A stretch of DNA of 63,853 nt, the filler included, from Octopus bimaculoides (taxonomy: Eukaryota): the NCBI RefSeq assembly GCF_001194135.2. It is 8 parts of 8 records of this genome, joined end to end, with 100 filler letters (N's around TTAATTAATTAA, not from the genome) between each part and the next. Parts side by side here need not be neighbours in the genome. Positions count along the whole stretch, not along the records: positions 35,275 to 39,739 come from NC_068999.1; positions 39,840 to 44,193 come from NW_026319109.1; positions 44,294 to 59,737 come from NC_068994.1; 5 more parts are not named here. One strand, given 5' to 3'. Within the stretch, counting starts at the first letter, position 1. Each line of letters starts with the position of its first letter. Below, one piece after another: positions 36,177 to 49,100 of the stretch. Position numbers and translations under genes: made by a program. The notes below the pieces were generated by a model, which had not been told where the DNA came from, ran no database searches, and saw only the letters and a list, made by a program, of their open reading frames with translations.

Positions 36177-38259
36177 NNNNNNNNNNNNNNNNNNNNNNNN
36201 NNNNNNNNNNNNNNNNNNNNNNNNNNNNNNNNNNNNNNNNNNNNNNNNNNNNNNNNNNNNNNNNNNNNNNNNNNNNNNNNNNNNNNNNNNNNNNNNNNNN
36301 NNNNNNNNNNNNNNNNNNNNNNNNNNNNNNNNNNNNNNNNNNNNNNNNNNNNNNNNNNNNNNNNNNNNNNNNNNNNNNNNNNNNNNNNNNNNNNNNNNNN
36401 NNNNNNNNNNNNNNNNNNNNNNNNNNNNNNNNNNNNNNNNNNNNNNNNNNNNNNNNNNNNNNNNNNNNNNNNNNNNNNNNNNNNNNNNNNNNNNNNNNNN
36501 NNNNNNNNNNNNNNNNNNNNNNNNNNNNNNNNNNNNNNNNNNNNNNNNNNNNNNNNNNNNNNNNNNNNNNNNNNNNNNNNNNNNNNNNNNNNNNNNNNNN
36601 NNNNNNNNNNNNNNNNNNNNNNNNNNNNNNNNNNNNNNNNNNNNNNNNNNNNNNNNNNNNNNNNNNNNNNNNNNNNNNNNNNNNNNNNNNNNNNNNNNNN
36701 NNNNNNNNNNNNNNNNNNNNNNNNNNNNNNNNNNNNNNNNNNNNNNNNNNNNNNNNNNNNNNNNNNNNNNNNNNNNNNNNNNNNNNNNNNNNNNNNNNNN
36801 NNNNNNNNNNNNNNNNNNNNNNNNNNNNNNNNNNNNNNNNNNNNNNNNNNNNNNNNNNNNNNNNNNNNNNNNNNNNNNNNNNNNNNNNNNNNNNNNNNNN
36901 NNNNNNNNNNNNNNNNNNNNNNNNNNNNNNNNNNNNNNNNNNNNNNNNNNNNNNNNNNNNNNNNNNNNNNNNNNNNNNNNNNNNNNNNNNNNNNNNNNNN
37001 NNNNNNNNNNNNNNNNNNNNNNNNNNNNNNNNNNNNNNNNNNNNNNNNNNNNNATATATATACATGGATGCATATCGTTGCGCAACTTCAGGTACAATAT
37101 TTTACGGAAATGAAAATTATCGGAATAGGAATGCTAATATAAAATTAACAACGTGTACAAACAGATATCTCAGAGAGTAGTAAATTATTTAAATGCCAAG
37201 ACCTTTTAATGTACCCAAAATATGCCATATTCCATTCCTTCGTCTTTTGATGAGTGGCTTTTTGAAAAAAAATACTTCCTTATCCATATATCCAAAATGT
37301 TTCTCTTTAAGGTTATTTTCATAATTGAAAACGTGTTGCTCGGTTTTGTCTTGTTTTTCTTTGGTTAAGTTTTTGCCTTTCAAAAATCTATCTCCTATTC
37401 CATGTGTATTTGCACATAAAACCCCCCAAAGTTTGTTGTACAGTTTTAAGATGTTGCAAATATGTTATACATTAATGCGCTAATGCATTTGAGAATTCGG
37501 ATAATAAGCAATATTCCATTTCTTAATGCATTTACTCAGCACACACGGGCATCAATAGTAGTAAGCTGTATAATGAATTAGAATATAATTCAAAATTCCT
37601 AGAGGACCTCATTCGTAAAAGATGCATTGTGTGTTTCTAATAAATATGAAATACAATACAAACCTGAAATTTAATACAACTCTGATATTTGTCGACATCA
37701 CGAGTGCATCTATATCACACGCTTAGTCATATTGTGAACGCATACATATTTTACTTCATTCAAAACATAAATATACACACACACATCGCCACTACTACTA
37801 CTCATCTCAAAATTATGCACTCATAGTACTTATATATTCCCATTTATAATGTTCATTTTCTCTCCCTTTTTCTCTCGCATGACCACACACACACATACAT
37901 GCAGATGCGAGCGCGTATCATGGATTATACGCTTATTTTTCACATATTGGATTGATTACCATCATTTATCTGATAGTAGATGTCTCAAGATTTTTTCTAA
38001 CACAAAAATTCGCAATCCACCCACGAATCTCCTTTTTCCTAATGCAGTATATACGGATGCTGTTTAAATAACAATTTATTACATTAAAAACTTGTATATA
38101 TTTCAACATAAAACCTATAAGATTTTAAACTCGAAAATGTGTTGCAGTCTTAGATACGAACGTAAGAAATAGCTAAGTATACTGATTAACAGGAGATAAC
38201 TTGTTGAATTTCAGTAAGTTCTGGTCCCTCTATATCTGTCTATCAACACATACTCTCTG

Positions 38260-38330
<71 letters not shown>

Positions 38331-38879
38331 CTCACTCTCTCTCTCTCTCTGCATATTTCATATGTATGTATATGTGCATGTGCATGTGTGCATGCGTGGG
38401 TGCGTGTGCCTCTGTGTGTGTATATATCTATCTCTATGTATGTGCGTATGTATGAAGGTAGGTAGGTAACTAAGTATAAACCAGATAGGAGGCATCAGAC
38501 ATGAATATGTTTATTTAGACAATTGACTTCGTAAGGATTACGACCGTTTCGTAATTTCTTCATGCAGTAATAGTTTCAGTGTAGAATGAATTATGATTAC
38601 ATGTCTCCATTAACCTGCATGCACCGCATTATACTGTACAATTATTTATTAACAAATTACTGAATCTAAAAAAAAAAAAAAATAGCTCATCAGATCATCA
38701 GCACATCTCAATTACACCAATGATTCAATTGTTGGATTAACCATAATATTTTGGTGATCTGATGAGAAAGCAAAACGGGGAATGTTCGAAAGTTATATTG
38801 TACATGAAGCGAGAAAGTTAATAAATAAATGGCGCCATAGTTTGTTGTTTAGTTCTTGTTTAGTCCGAATCATAGATTC

Positions 38880-39570
38880 AGAATATACTAAATCCATAGT
38901 TCCTTTCTCAAACATTTAAATGGAGCGTCATTAGTGAAAGGTGCGGTCGACTATTGTCATGAAGAATGATTGGTCTTCTACTGTTGACCATTCTGGGTCG
39001 CAGGATTAGCAACTGTTCGTTCATTTTGGCAATTTCATGGCAATACGTTTCTGCAGTAATGGCTTTTCCGGATTTTAAGAAGTTATAATGGATGAGGCCG
39101 GCAGTACACCAGCAAACAGTCACCATGACCTTCTTAAGAGCTTAGGTGTTCGGATCTTCATTCTGAATCCTCATTTCGGATCCTCATTTTGGTCCAACAA
39201 CTGGGAAAAACTTTTTTTATTATTATTGTACAGAATATTTTCTGCCTAACCTGATGTTCTTTTCTCAGTGGTTTTACGTGGATCTTTCTAAATGACGATC
39301 TTTAATTAACTGTCATCGATGACAGATGAGCATCCACTCAGCTGCAAAATCGTTTAAACCATTTTCGAGCATTTTGGCTGGCTATTTCCTCATGTAACGT
39401 TTCGTTGTTATAGTGAGCAGTTTCAGCTGCTTTACGCCTTGAATTGCAAAATTGCTCGAATATCGCGATTTCACAGTTCCTTGTCAGATGATTGTAACAA
39501 TGGGGACAAAATATAAATGTCAATTTATTGATGCGTTTGGGTAAGTCTATGTCTGTATTATCAGACAATT
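38880..39570 (-). mobile_element. Decayed mariner transposase (internally deleted)
   Basis: RKAAETAHYNNETL...RKWFKRF (HTH) and KKVMVTVCWCTAGLIHYNFLKSGKAITAETYC...ILHDNSRPH (catalytic region). Confidence 0.85.
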
Positions 39571-40199
39571 TCCCAAGAGTGTTAACAAAAAATCAAACCT
39601 GTACAACAATCCGGTACAAATTCTTCATCGTCCAAAATGTTGATTACGTTTACTCACCGTAATGTATGCATATCTACATACAAACATATATATATATGTA
39701 TGTATATATTTATATATATATATGTATATATATATATATNNNNNNNNNNNNNNNNNNNNNNNNNNNNNNNNNNNNNNNNNNNNTTAATTAATTAANNNNN
39801 NNNNNNNNNNNNNNNNNNNNNNNNNNNNNNNNNNNNNNNTTTTTTTTTACTTCATCTAACTGTTAACTGGCATTTTCACTTTCATGTTTTATTTTTCATT
39901 TCTACATCAATCAGGATTAGCTAGTGCATTCATTCATGACCAGTTGAACATATTCTATTACTTAATATGTTGTGTTTGTCATATGAACTAATGCTGTGGC
40001 ACAAACTGGAAAATCTGAGACATGGTCAGTCATCAAATTTATAATGTTTCTCCTCATGGTGGCACAAATTAAAAGANNNNNNNNNNNNNNNNNNNNNNNN
40101 NNNNNNNNNNNNNNNNNNNNNNNNNNNNNNNNNNNNNNNNNNNNNNNNNNNNNNNNNNNNNNNNNNNNNNNNNNNNNNNNNNNNNNNNNNNNNNNNNNN

Positions 40200-40504
40200 A
40201 CCTTGCAGGCCCTCCAAGACTAGTGGGATTGATGTCAATGATTCATTTAAACTATTGCAAGTCAATGCTTGCAGGAAAGACATAAGAGAAAATTCAGAGG
40301 ATGGTGTTCTGGGAAGAAAATATTTGGTGGGCCAACGGGTAGGCTGGATGCAGCAAGGATGACAAGAGCTGGAAAGACAAGTGGGTTAGAGATACCTGAG
40401 TAGTGTATGTATGGGGCCAGTAGCAGCCAGTTCCAATGAACAGGGACTGTTATAGAAGTGATAGTAAAGAGAGAGAGAGAGAGAGAGAGAGAGANNNNNN
40501 NNNN

Positions 40505-40538
<34 letters not shown>

Positions 40539-41750
40539 ATGGGGAGACAACATGCATGTAGGCCAGAAACTGGAGCATGTGCCTTAATCATTGAATGTCA
40601 ATCAGTTGAATGGTCCTTCTTCACATGTGGTCCCTGATGTCTGTCTGCATAGCAGTAGCATTGCCCCAGATATGAGAGCTGTATTCCATTGTGGGTCCAG
40701 AAAATATTTCAGTCTTTGAGATGCAATTTTAGCTTTGTTGAGGAGAGATCCTCAGTGATAATGTGGTGCAACATTTAGAGTAACTGTGAGAGTTTGNNNN
40801 NNNNNNTGAGTGCCATTCATATTTAGTTGGAGTGTGGTGCAATGGTGTTCTCTTGATATGAGTAGAGCTTGAGTTTTTTGCTGTTAAAGAGACAAGGTTG
40901 GCATGGTCCCACTGAAAAATGCTCTCAAGGCCTCCTTTATGAATGTAATCAGTGCAGGTTTGAAATGTGGTGACATGGTTGCATATGGACAATGCATTGC
41001 TAGGGAAAATTAGAGTAGGATGAAGGCTCATGTCATCTGTATAAGAGTGATCATTGTTGGATGTGCTAGCAAGAAGATCAATGATGTATAAAGAGAAGTG
41101 AGTGGGGACACAAGACTAAACTTTGTGAAACCCCAGAGTTGATTGAAAGTGGGGCAGTGGCTGGCTGTGTGAGAGGGCTAGCCTTTGGAATGAGACACAT
41201 TTAAGTGTGCTATCAAATGTCAGGGTATATCTCTAGAAAGTGAGAGATCAAAGAGTTTGGTGAGTATAGGATCAAGTTCTAAGACACAATGTTTAAGTGT
41301 AATGGAAGGGACATTGTCAGGGCTTGGAAGCAACTGAAAATATTCTCACACTTGATGTGTATGCATGCAAAATAGGAAGCCTGGTGTAGTTGAAGGCAGT
41401 AGATTTGGAGGGGAATGGCCAAGTGTATTGAGCTGAATGTGTAGGTTTTTTTCCATAGAGACACTTCATGGATCCATCATTGTTTAGAAAAAGAGGAACA
41501 GAGGAGTCTGCAAAGACTGTCGAAACTCTTNNNNNNNNNNTCCAGAAGGATTGGCTACATTTTGTGAGGCGGAAAAGCTTGAGGGACATGTAATGCATGA
41601 AGGCATTCTATGCACATTGAATATTCTTGCTGTTGGGGAAATTCTCTAGGCCTTGTTTTTTTTTCTCAAATGGCTGCACTTAGGATCTTGATTTTTTGAT
41701 GTGTGTGAGATGTGAAGGAACTTGTTTCATTCACTTTCCCGCCAAGAAAA
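40200..41750 (-). mobile_element. Decayed CR1/L2-group LINE (RT and 3' end)
   Basis: PDNVPSITLKHCVLELDPILTKLFDLSLS; HSYTDDMSLH (YADD-like); MEYSSHIWG; FFPRT-like C-terminus. Interrupted by (GA)n and gaps. Confidence 0.75.
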
Positions 41751-42611
41751 TAGCATTTTATAGCAATTTAACAAATATTACTTTGATTACAAGTGGTTAA
41801 GCTGTTTTGTATATTGATAGAAGTTCAACTAGTAGAAGTTCTCTATAGCCCAATATTGCAAGAAAACTATATAANNNNNNNNNNNNNNNNNNNNNNNNNN
41901 NNNNNNNNNNNNNNNNNNNNNNNNNNNNNNNNNNNNNNNNNNNNNNNNNNNNNNNNNNNNNNNNNNNNNNNNNNNNNNNNNNNNNNNNNNNNNNNNNNNN
42001 NNNNNNNNNNNNNNNNNNNNNNNNNNNNNNNNNNNNNNNNNNNNNNNNNNNNNNNNNNNNNNNNNNNNNNNNNNNNNNNNNNNNNNNNNNNNNNNNNNNN
42101 NNNNNNNNNNNNNNNNNNNNNNNNNNNNNNNNNNNNNNNNNNNNNNNNNNNNNNNNNNNNNNNNNNNNNNNNNNNNNNNNNNNNNNNNNNNNNNNNNNNN
42201 NNNNNNNNNNNNNNNNNNNNNNNNNNNNNNNNNNNNNNNNNNNNNNNNNNNNNNNNNNNNNNCTTTCTTCTCTCATTACCTCTCCTTTGCCTTTTTTGTC
42301 TACCCCTTTTACTTTACTATTCTCCCTCCTTCTCTATTGTTCATTCCTTTAATCCATTTTTTCTTTCTATCTGCTCCCTTTCTTCTTTTATTCTGCTTTC
42401 ACCTCTACCCTTCACTACTTGTTTTCTCTCTCCCCATCCCATTTCTCCTTTCAGCCTTCCTTTTTTGCTAGATCACTGACCTGTTCAGTCATGCTTCTTT
42501 CATAGTTACCTTCAGTCATGCCCCGCCTATTTTTCCCTCTCTCTATTTTCCTTTTCAAGTCTAGTAAGACAGCATTTTCCATTAGTGTTACTCCTACATG
42601 TCTTGTCTTAA

Positions 42612-42831
42612 CCCTTTCGTTACCATTTTTATTTTGAGATGCTCCGCTTTTCTTTCAATTAATTTTAAATATAACAAATTTAGTGAAATAATTTAGTTAT
42701 CATTAATCTAGTGTTTAGGAACATAAATTGTGACTAACGTTTGGTGGAAGATTTTAATTCAAAGCTTATGAAAACATGACATTTGTTCTACAGAGCCAGA
42801 AGCGGTTTCAGCTGGGTTGTTATTGAAAGGC
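42612..42831. mobile_element. piggyBac-type MITE
   Basis: TTAA|CCCTTTCGTTACC left end, with a degenerate right end GTTATTGAAAGG. Confidence 0.5.
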
Positions 42832-44293
42832 TGTCTCATAAGCTCTTTATTTTGTATGTATATTTATATCTGTCCCAGTTACCTGTGTCATTTATTTGTC
42901 TTTGTCACTGTCTTTTATGTTCACTCATTCCCAGCAGCTTTTTGCTGTTGATGCCACTGAAATTAACAATATAGTCTTTAAAGGCATGAAATTATGATTT
43001 TTGGACAATAACTGATGAGGAAGGAGCATGTCCACATCATGTGTGTGCATTTTATGTGTGTTCCTTTGTCATCCTCCTATGCAATTTTTGAATCAATATC
43101 TGTCTGTCTGTATACATATATTTATATATTTTGTGTATTACACATTCACTTTCCATTTGTATTCAGTGTAAACTNNNNNNNNNNNNNNNNNNNNNNNNNN
43201 NNNNNNNNNNNNNNNNNNNNNNNNNNNNNNNNNNNNNNNNNNNNNNNNNNNNNNNNNNNNNNNNNNNNNNNNNNNNNNNNNNNNNNNNNNNNNNNNNNNN
43301 NNNNNNNNNNNNNNNNNNNNNNNNNNNNNNNNNNNNNNNNNNNNNNNNNNNNNNNNNNNNNNNNNNNNNNNNNNNNNNNNNNNNNNNNNNNNNNNNNNNN
43401 NNNNNNNNNNNNNNNNNNNTCTGTACAAGAGATGCAGTGGAGCATAGTTAAGCTTCAGGTTTAGTCTTACTGTTTGGTATCTTGGGCATGTGCCTTTTAC
43501 TATAACTCCAGGATAACTAAAACCTGAGTTGATTTGGTGGATGGAAANNNNNNNNNNNNNNNNNNNNNNNNNNNNNNNNNNNNNNNNNNNNNNNNNNNNN
43601 NNNNNNNNNNNNNNNNNNNNNNNNNNNNNNNNNNNNNNNNNNNNNNNNNNNNNNNNNNNNNNNNNNNNNNNNNNNNNNNNNNNNNNNNNNNNNNNNNNNN
43701 NNNNNGAAGGTTGGCAGCAAGAAAAGTATCCAGCTGTAGAAAATCTACCTCTCAATGAATTCCCTGCAAGCATGGCAAAAGGCCACATTCTTCCAATGAG
43801 GTTGACCTAACTTTGCCTAATGGATACATGGGAACTTGTAATATTCCATGCACTTCTGGCATTATAGGTCTTTGTTATCTAATGAATGAGGTTACCACAT
43901 AAGCCATGGTTCANNNNNNNNNNNNNNNNNNNNNNNNNNNNNNNNNNNNNNNNNNNNNNNNNNNNNNNNNNNNNNNNNNNNNNNNNNNNNNNNNNNNNNN
44001 NNNNNNNNNNNNNNNNNNNNNNNNNNNNNNNNNNNNNNNNNNNNNNNNNNNNNNNNNNNCTACTTCCATGCCTGCTCAATGAGCATCATTCTTATAGCCA
44101 ACTTTCTACATTGGAGGCACCTTCTGAGGATGAAGGAGTTGGAATTTAATTTCTCACTTCTCTGAGCACTATTCTGAAAAAAATCTATACCTCNNNNNNN
44201 NNNNNNNNNNNNNNNNNNNNNNNNNNNNNNNNNNNNNTTAATTAATTAANNNNNNNNNNNNNNNNNNNNNNNNNNNNNNNNNNNNNNNNNNNN

Positions 44294-44370
<77 letters not shown>

Positions 44371-44395
44371 CAACAACAACAACAACAACAACAAT

Positions 44396-44458
<63 letters not shown>

Positions 44459-44469
44459 AATAATAATGA

Positions 44470-44650
44470 TGATGATGATTTCTTTATTAACCACAAGGGT
44501 TTACATGAAGAAAAACATTATGGACATCACAGGACAAAACAAAAAAGTGTGTATGTATGTGTGTAGTTGTGAGGGTTTTGTAGAAAAAATTATAAAAAGA
44601 AGAAAAAAGAAAAAAAGAGATTAACAATGTGTAATCCTCAATAGGGAGGA
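44470..44650 (-). mobile_element. L1/Tx1-type 3' end
   Basis: Minus strand GTCCTGTGATGTCCATAATGTTTTTC...CCCTTGTGGTTAATAAAGAAAT resembles the 17600-17647 Tx1 tail. A 16-bp tandem repeat (about four copies) follows at 44655-44715. Confidence 0.5.
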
Positions 44651-44764
44651 TAAAAATATTATTTACTAATAATATTATTTACTAATAATATTATTTACTA
44701 ATAATATTATTTACTTTTAATCTGCATGTTTGGTTGTAACAAACGTGCAGATTAAAAGTAAATG

Positions 44765-44805
<41 letters not shown>

Positions 44806-44806
<1 letters not shown>

Positions 44807-45278
44807 GTATAAAAGATGGGCTACAGCAAATATTCTGCTCAATACCACAGATTTGCTTGTCTGTTGTTTGACCGTAACCAGTTGAGCATGTCCCTTAGTG
44901 GCTGACGCTATGTGCATCTCTGATCACGAGCAGAAGTAGTGGGGCGGGGAGCATCATAGCCATGTACTGAGAAGAATTCTTTGGGGTTTGGATAATTCAC
45001 CTTTGGAAACACGGGTGTTTCGTTCAACATTCTTAAACAACCCTTATTCAGGGACCTTTTGAGCAGGCTGGGCTACTCAACCTAAAGAAAATTCTAACTG
45101 GACCCCATCTGCAAGGTCATGCGCTGTTTATCTTGATATGAGATCACTATGTCGTGCACATATGGTTGTGATGCATGTGCCAGGTATACCTTTATCAGAC
45201 GGGTAGTCATGATGGGTATACTGGGATTCGTATATTTTACCCCAGTGTTACTTTGATGGCATGCACTGCTCTCTCACT

Positions 45279-45280
<2 letters not shown>
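44806..45280 (+). mobile_element. Non-coding retro-element 3' portion embedded in (AAT)/(AAC)n, possibly an R4/Dong 3'UTR
   Basis: Complex sequence flanked on both sides by (AAT)n in the same orientation as the R4 fragments. No ORF is recognisable. Confidence 0.4.
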
Positions 45281-45337
<57 letters not shown>

Positions 45338-45339
45338 GT

Positions 45340-45555
45340 CCTTTCTACTATAGGCACAAGGCCTGAAATTTGGGAGAGGGGGCCAATCGGTTAGATCCCA
45401 GTCGACCCCAGTAGGCAACTGGCACTTAATTTATCGACCCCGAAAGGATGAAAGGCAAAGTCGACGTCGGCGGAATTTGAACTCAGAACGTAGCGACGGG
45501 CGAAATACCGCTAGACATTTCGTCGATCGTGCTAACGATTCTGTTAGCTCGCCGC
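45340..45555 (-). mobile_element. SINE family B, full length, tail type 1
   Basis: Near-consensus core CGAAAGGATGAAAGGCAAAGTCGACGTCGGCGGAATTTGAACTC. Confidence 0.9.
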
Positions 45556-45583
45556 TTTGAATAATAATAATAACAACAATAAT

Positions 45584-45616
<33 letters not shown>

Positions 45617-45617
<1 letters not shown>

Positions 45618-46195
45618 TGTATACAACGTATCGAAGGTGATACTGGCGTTATACGGCTTGAAAACTATTACAAAATAATCACCATAGGACTACAGAAATA
45701 TCTACTTCAGAAGCAAGGAAAACTAATAAAGATAACCACAAAACACGAACAAAACAAAAAACTGTTTTCAGTCTTTAAGGAAGCTGACAAATACAAAAAA
45801 GAAGTCATAGTAGCTAACAACTATGAAGAAAAAGAGGAAACAACAAAAGCTGTAAAACAACTGAAATCCAAACTAAAACTAGAACAGCAACAGATGATGA
45901 TAAAACGATGGCAAGAAAAGCCCATTCATGGCAAATATTGGGTTAAGCTAAACAGAAAAGAAATAAACAAAGCAAAATCTCTACAATGACTGAGAAGCTC
46001 AGGATTCAAAAGAGAGACTGAAGGATTTTTAATTGCAGCACAAGATGAAAGCCTTCCCACCAGAACTTACCAAAAACATGTAATGAAAATTGCAGAATAT
46101 GTGGAGATGAAGAAGAAACAATAAATCATATTGTCTCGTGGAGATGGAGAAGAAACAATAAATCATATTGTCACTGGCTGCCCAGTACTGACGAT
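45617..46195 (+). mobile_element. R4/Dong-clade LINE fragment (post-RT region and zinc knuckle)
   Basis: KRWQEKPIHGKYW...ETEGFLIAAQDESLPTRTY...CRICGDEEETINHIV(S/T)GCPVL. It starts in an (AAC/AAT)n tract. Confidence 0.85.
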
Positions 46196-49100
46196 ACAAT
46201 GTAGGACTACTTAAAAGAGAATATAAAAATGGGAAAAACCAAAAAACAAAGAAAATATAAAATTCAAACAGTTCCATCAAAGGTGGTGAAAGTCTTCCCT
46301 GGGCTACTGGAGGAAGCCCCACAAAACCACGGTCACCGTAGCCAATAAGGCTGGTGCTCTCTCTCTCGACTGTTCTCCAGTCTTCAGGCGTATGCTCAGC
46401 ACAAGACCATTTAGTCGGACCATGTTCATCACTCTCATTCGCATCTTCTATCAAATTTTAACTTCCCTATCCGCCTATATGTTCCTTTTTAGGTGAAACT
46501 TGAAAAAGTTGATGTCGGCTTGGCCAAAGAAGAAGGTACCTGGCTGCACCCGCTTCAATATCATCCACCACTCAGCCTCTTTTGATAAAGTCACAGGACT
46601 GCCTACCTTTCCAGACCAAAGGAACGGAACAGGACGATCTTCACAGTTGAAGCCGAATCCATCCTCTATGTGATAGTTGCTTTTCGACATAACTCTACCA
46701 GTTAAGCTCGGGCACTGGACGAGTGTGAGCACAACGGTTTCATCCCTCTGCGTACATCTCGGACAGGCACGGCTGACGACACTGTCATACTTGTAGAGTT
46801 TATCTCGGACCGGCAATGCCCCCTGGCCTGTCTGGTTAGGGATTTTTGAAAATTATCTAAGGGCTCCGGCCTGAAAGTCTCCCGAACAGACAAGTCGGCT
46901 GGTTTTCGTCGTTGACTTGAAATTCTCCTAGACTGCTGTGGCGTTTGTCTACCACTAATTCCCTTTAGAATTCCAACATGAAACTTCCACCGACCACATT
47001 ACCCTTCACAACATTTCAGATACCGAGCGCTCTGTCTCGATTTTTGCCTTATTCAGGACGACAATTTTCAGAGAGATGAGTTGTAGAAAAATGCGTTTGA
47101 CACAAACGTCAATCCCATCTGTTCAATGTCAAAGAATTGTAAGAGATGACGCAGCCTTTGTGCATATCTGCGCATCATTATCATGCCCAGTAACTCAACT
47201 TCGCGGTGTGGCGAGCAAATTGAGTATCTGACCAGCGGACCTGTCCCTTCTACAAAAAAGCGGAAGAGTAGATGCTCCAGTCTGAACTGGGGCAAGGCAC
47301 GACGCCAAGTATACTAGACGACGGATACGATGTGGGCGTTCGCTACCTCTGCCTAACGTTTCAGGGATAACTTCTTGACTCATTTTTAGATGAGATTGGT
47401 CACCGTGTTCGTCACCTTGTCCTCTGTCTCCAATTAGAGATCTGAACCAAACCAGACACCGAGCAATTTAACTGGTCCGTCCATCTATCTCTCCATGACG
47501 CTGCTGGACGGCATGGACCTATCTCTTCGGGTGCTGAATTGCAGCTTCACCATTTATCTTGATTGATTGTAGCTTCCATCAGTGCCTTGAAGTTTTCGAG
47601 CGGTGCCGATCACCCCGATGTACTTGAATGAACTTGGTTCTAACACCATTAAATTTACGTCGTCCCCAAATGCCGATAAAGATCTTTCTCATCCCAGTTC
47701 GCGTGAGCTGCCTCTCAACGACTATAGCTTCTGTTGTAGTGGCTCGACCCTCAATATCCACAAAAGAGACGCGAAGAGACGATCTTAAAGCACCGAGAGT
47801 GTGATACTGACTGGTTCCGATAGGTGGCCAGTCACCCTTACCACCGAGCAGATGTCGCTGTACATTGCGGCGATCTGACCAGCGGAACCTGTCTCCTCCA
47901 GAGAAAGTGGAAGAACAAGCGCTCCAGTTTGGTCGGCCTTGAAACAGGGCAAGCACAACAGTCAGGCGTTAAAAGATGATGGATGCAATGTGGCATTCAC
48001 CAATTCCGTACGTCTGTTCAGGGATAGCTTCCACTCGGTCCATTTCTGGATGTGATTTATCACTCTACTCGTCACCACGCCCCAATTCTTGTTTACTTGA
48101 TCTATATCAAACTGTACCCCGAGCAATTCAACCGATTCGTCTAGCGCTTCACGACGCTGTCGGGTGGCATGGATCTACCTCTCCAGACCCGCCAAGATTT
48201 TCTGGTTAATTCTTGTTCCTGTCACCGCTTCATACATTCTCAGATCTGTGCCGATCACCTCGATGTATTTGGTGTCCGACGCTAAAATGGGGATGCCATC
48301 CTCATATGCAGACAGTTCTCCCACATCCTAGTTCACAGGAATACTCCACGAAACCTCTAACTTCTGCAATAGTGGCTCAAGCGCATGATACTGAACGGTT
48401 CCGATAGATCCAGTTACTCTCACCACTGAGTAAATGTCGCTATGCACTTCAGTAGGCCAACCTCTGAAGACAGGATCGCAATCAACCGCCGTGAGTACAG
48501 CCGTCAAGTATTGATGGCTAATCCTATCGAATGTTTTCGACTACCTATCAGGTTCTTTACCCACTCTTTCTATGATGTATCGCGTGAGATGGAAGTCATC
48601 GTGGATAGATCTGTTTGGGATGCACATGTCTGTGTGTCTTAGCAGATCATCGATGAGCAGTGCCAAACTCTTTGCTAACATTTCGGTCAAAATCGTCAGT
48701 TCTGCATTTATTGGCATGAAGTTGTTAAAATCATCTACCTTATTTGGGTCGTTTCTCAATAGTGTCACCATAACTCGTTTTGCAAAACTGGCAATTCTTC
48801 CGTTCTGCTACTAGTTGCAACTGACATCTGCCCGAACACGTTTGGCATATGGAGATAAAACTCGTAGGGCAGTCCATCCAGCTTTGGTGACTTCTCCCTC
48901 GTGCAGCCAATCATCGCTGTATTTTATTAGCTGTTATCGGCCTTTCGCATAATTCCGCGTTCCCAACTGAGAGAACGCGGAAAGACGTCGAGGTAGGCGA
49001 TAAAATTCACCCCCGTTTTCCGTTCACCGTCCACCCCAAACATTTGAGAAGTACCCTGGGAAAGGCCCCACGCGTCTGCTTGGAATCGTACAGCACGCAC

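Noticed and set aside
38755-38800. CTGATGA-GAA...TTC-GAAAG hammerhead-like match
   Set aside because: Helix II has only 3 bp and no valid helix III or helix I pairing. It is chance or heavily decayed.
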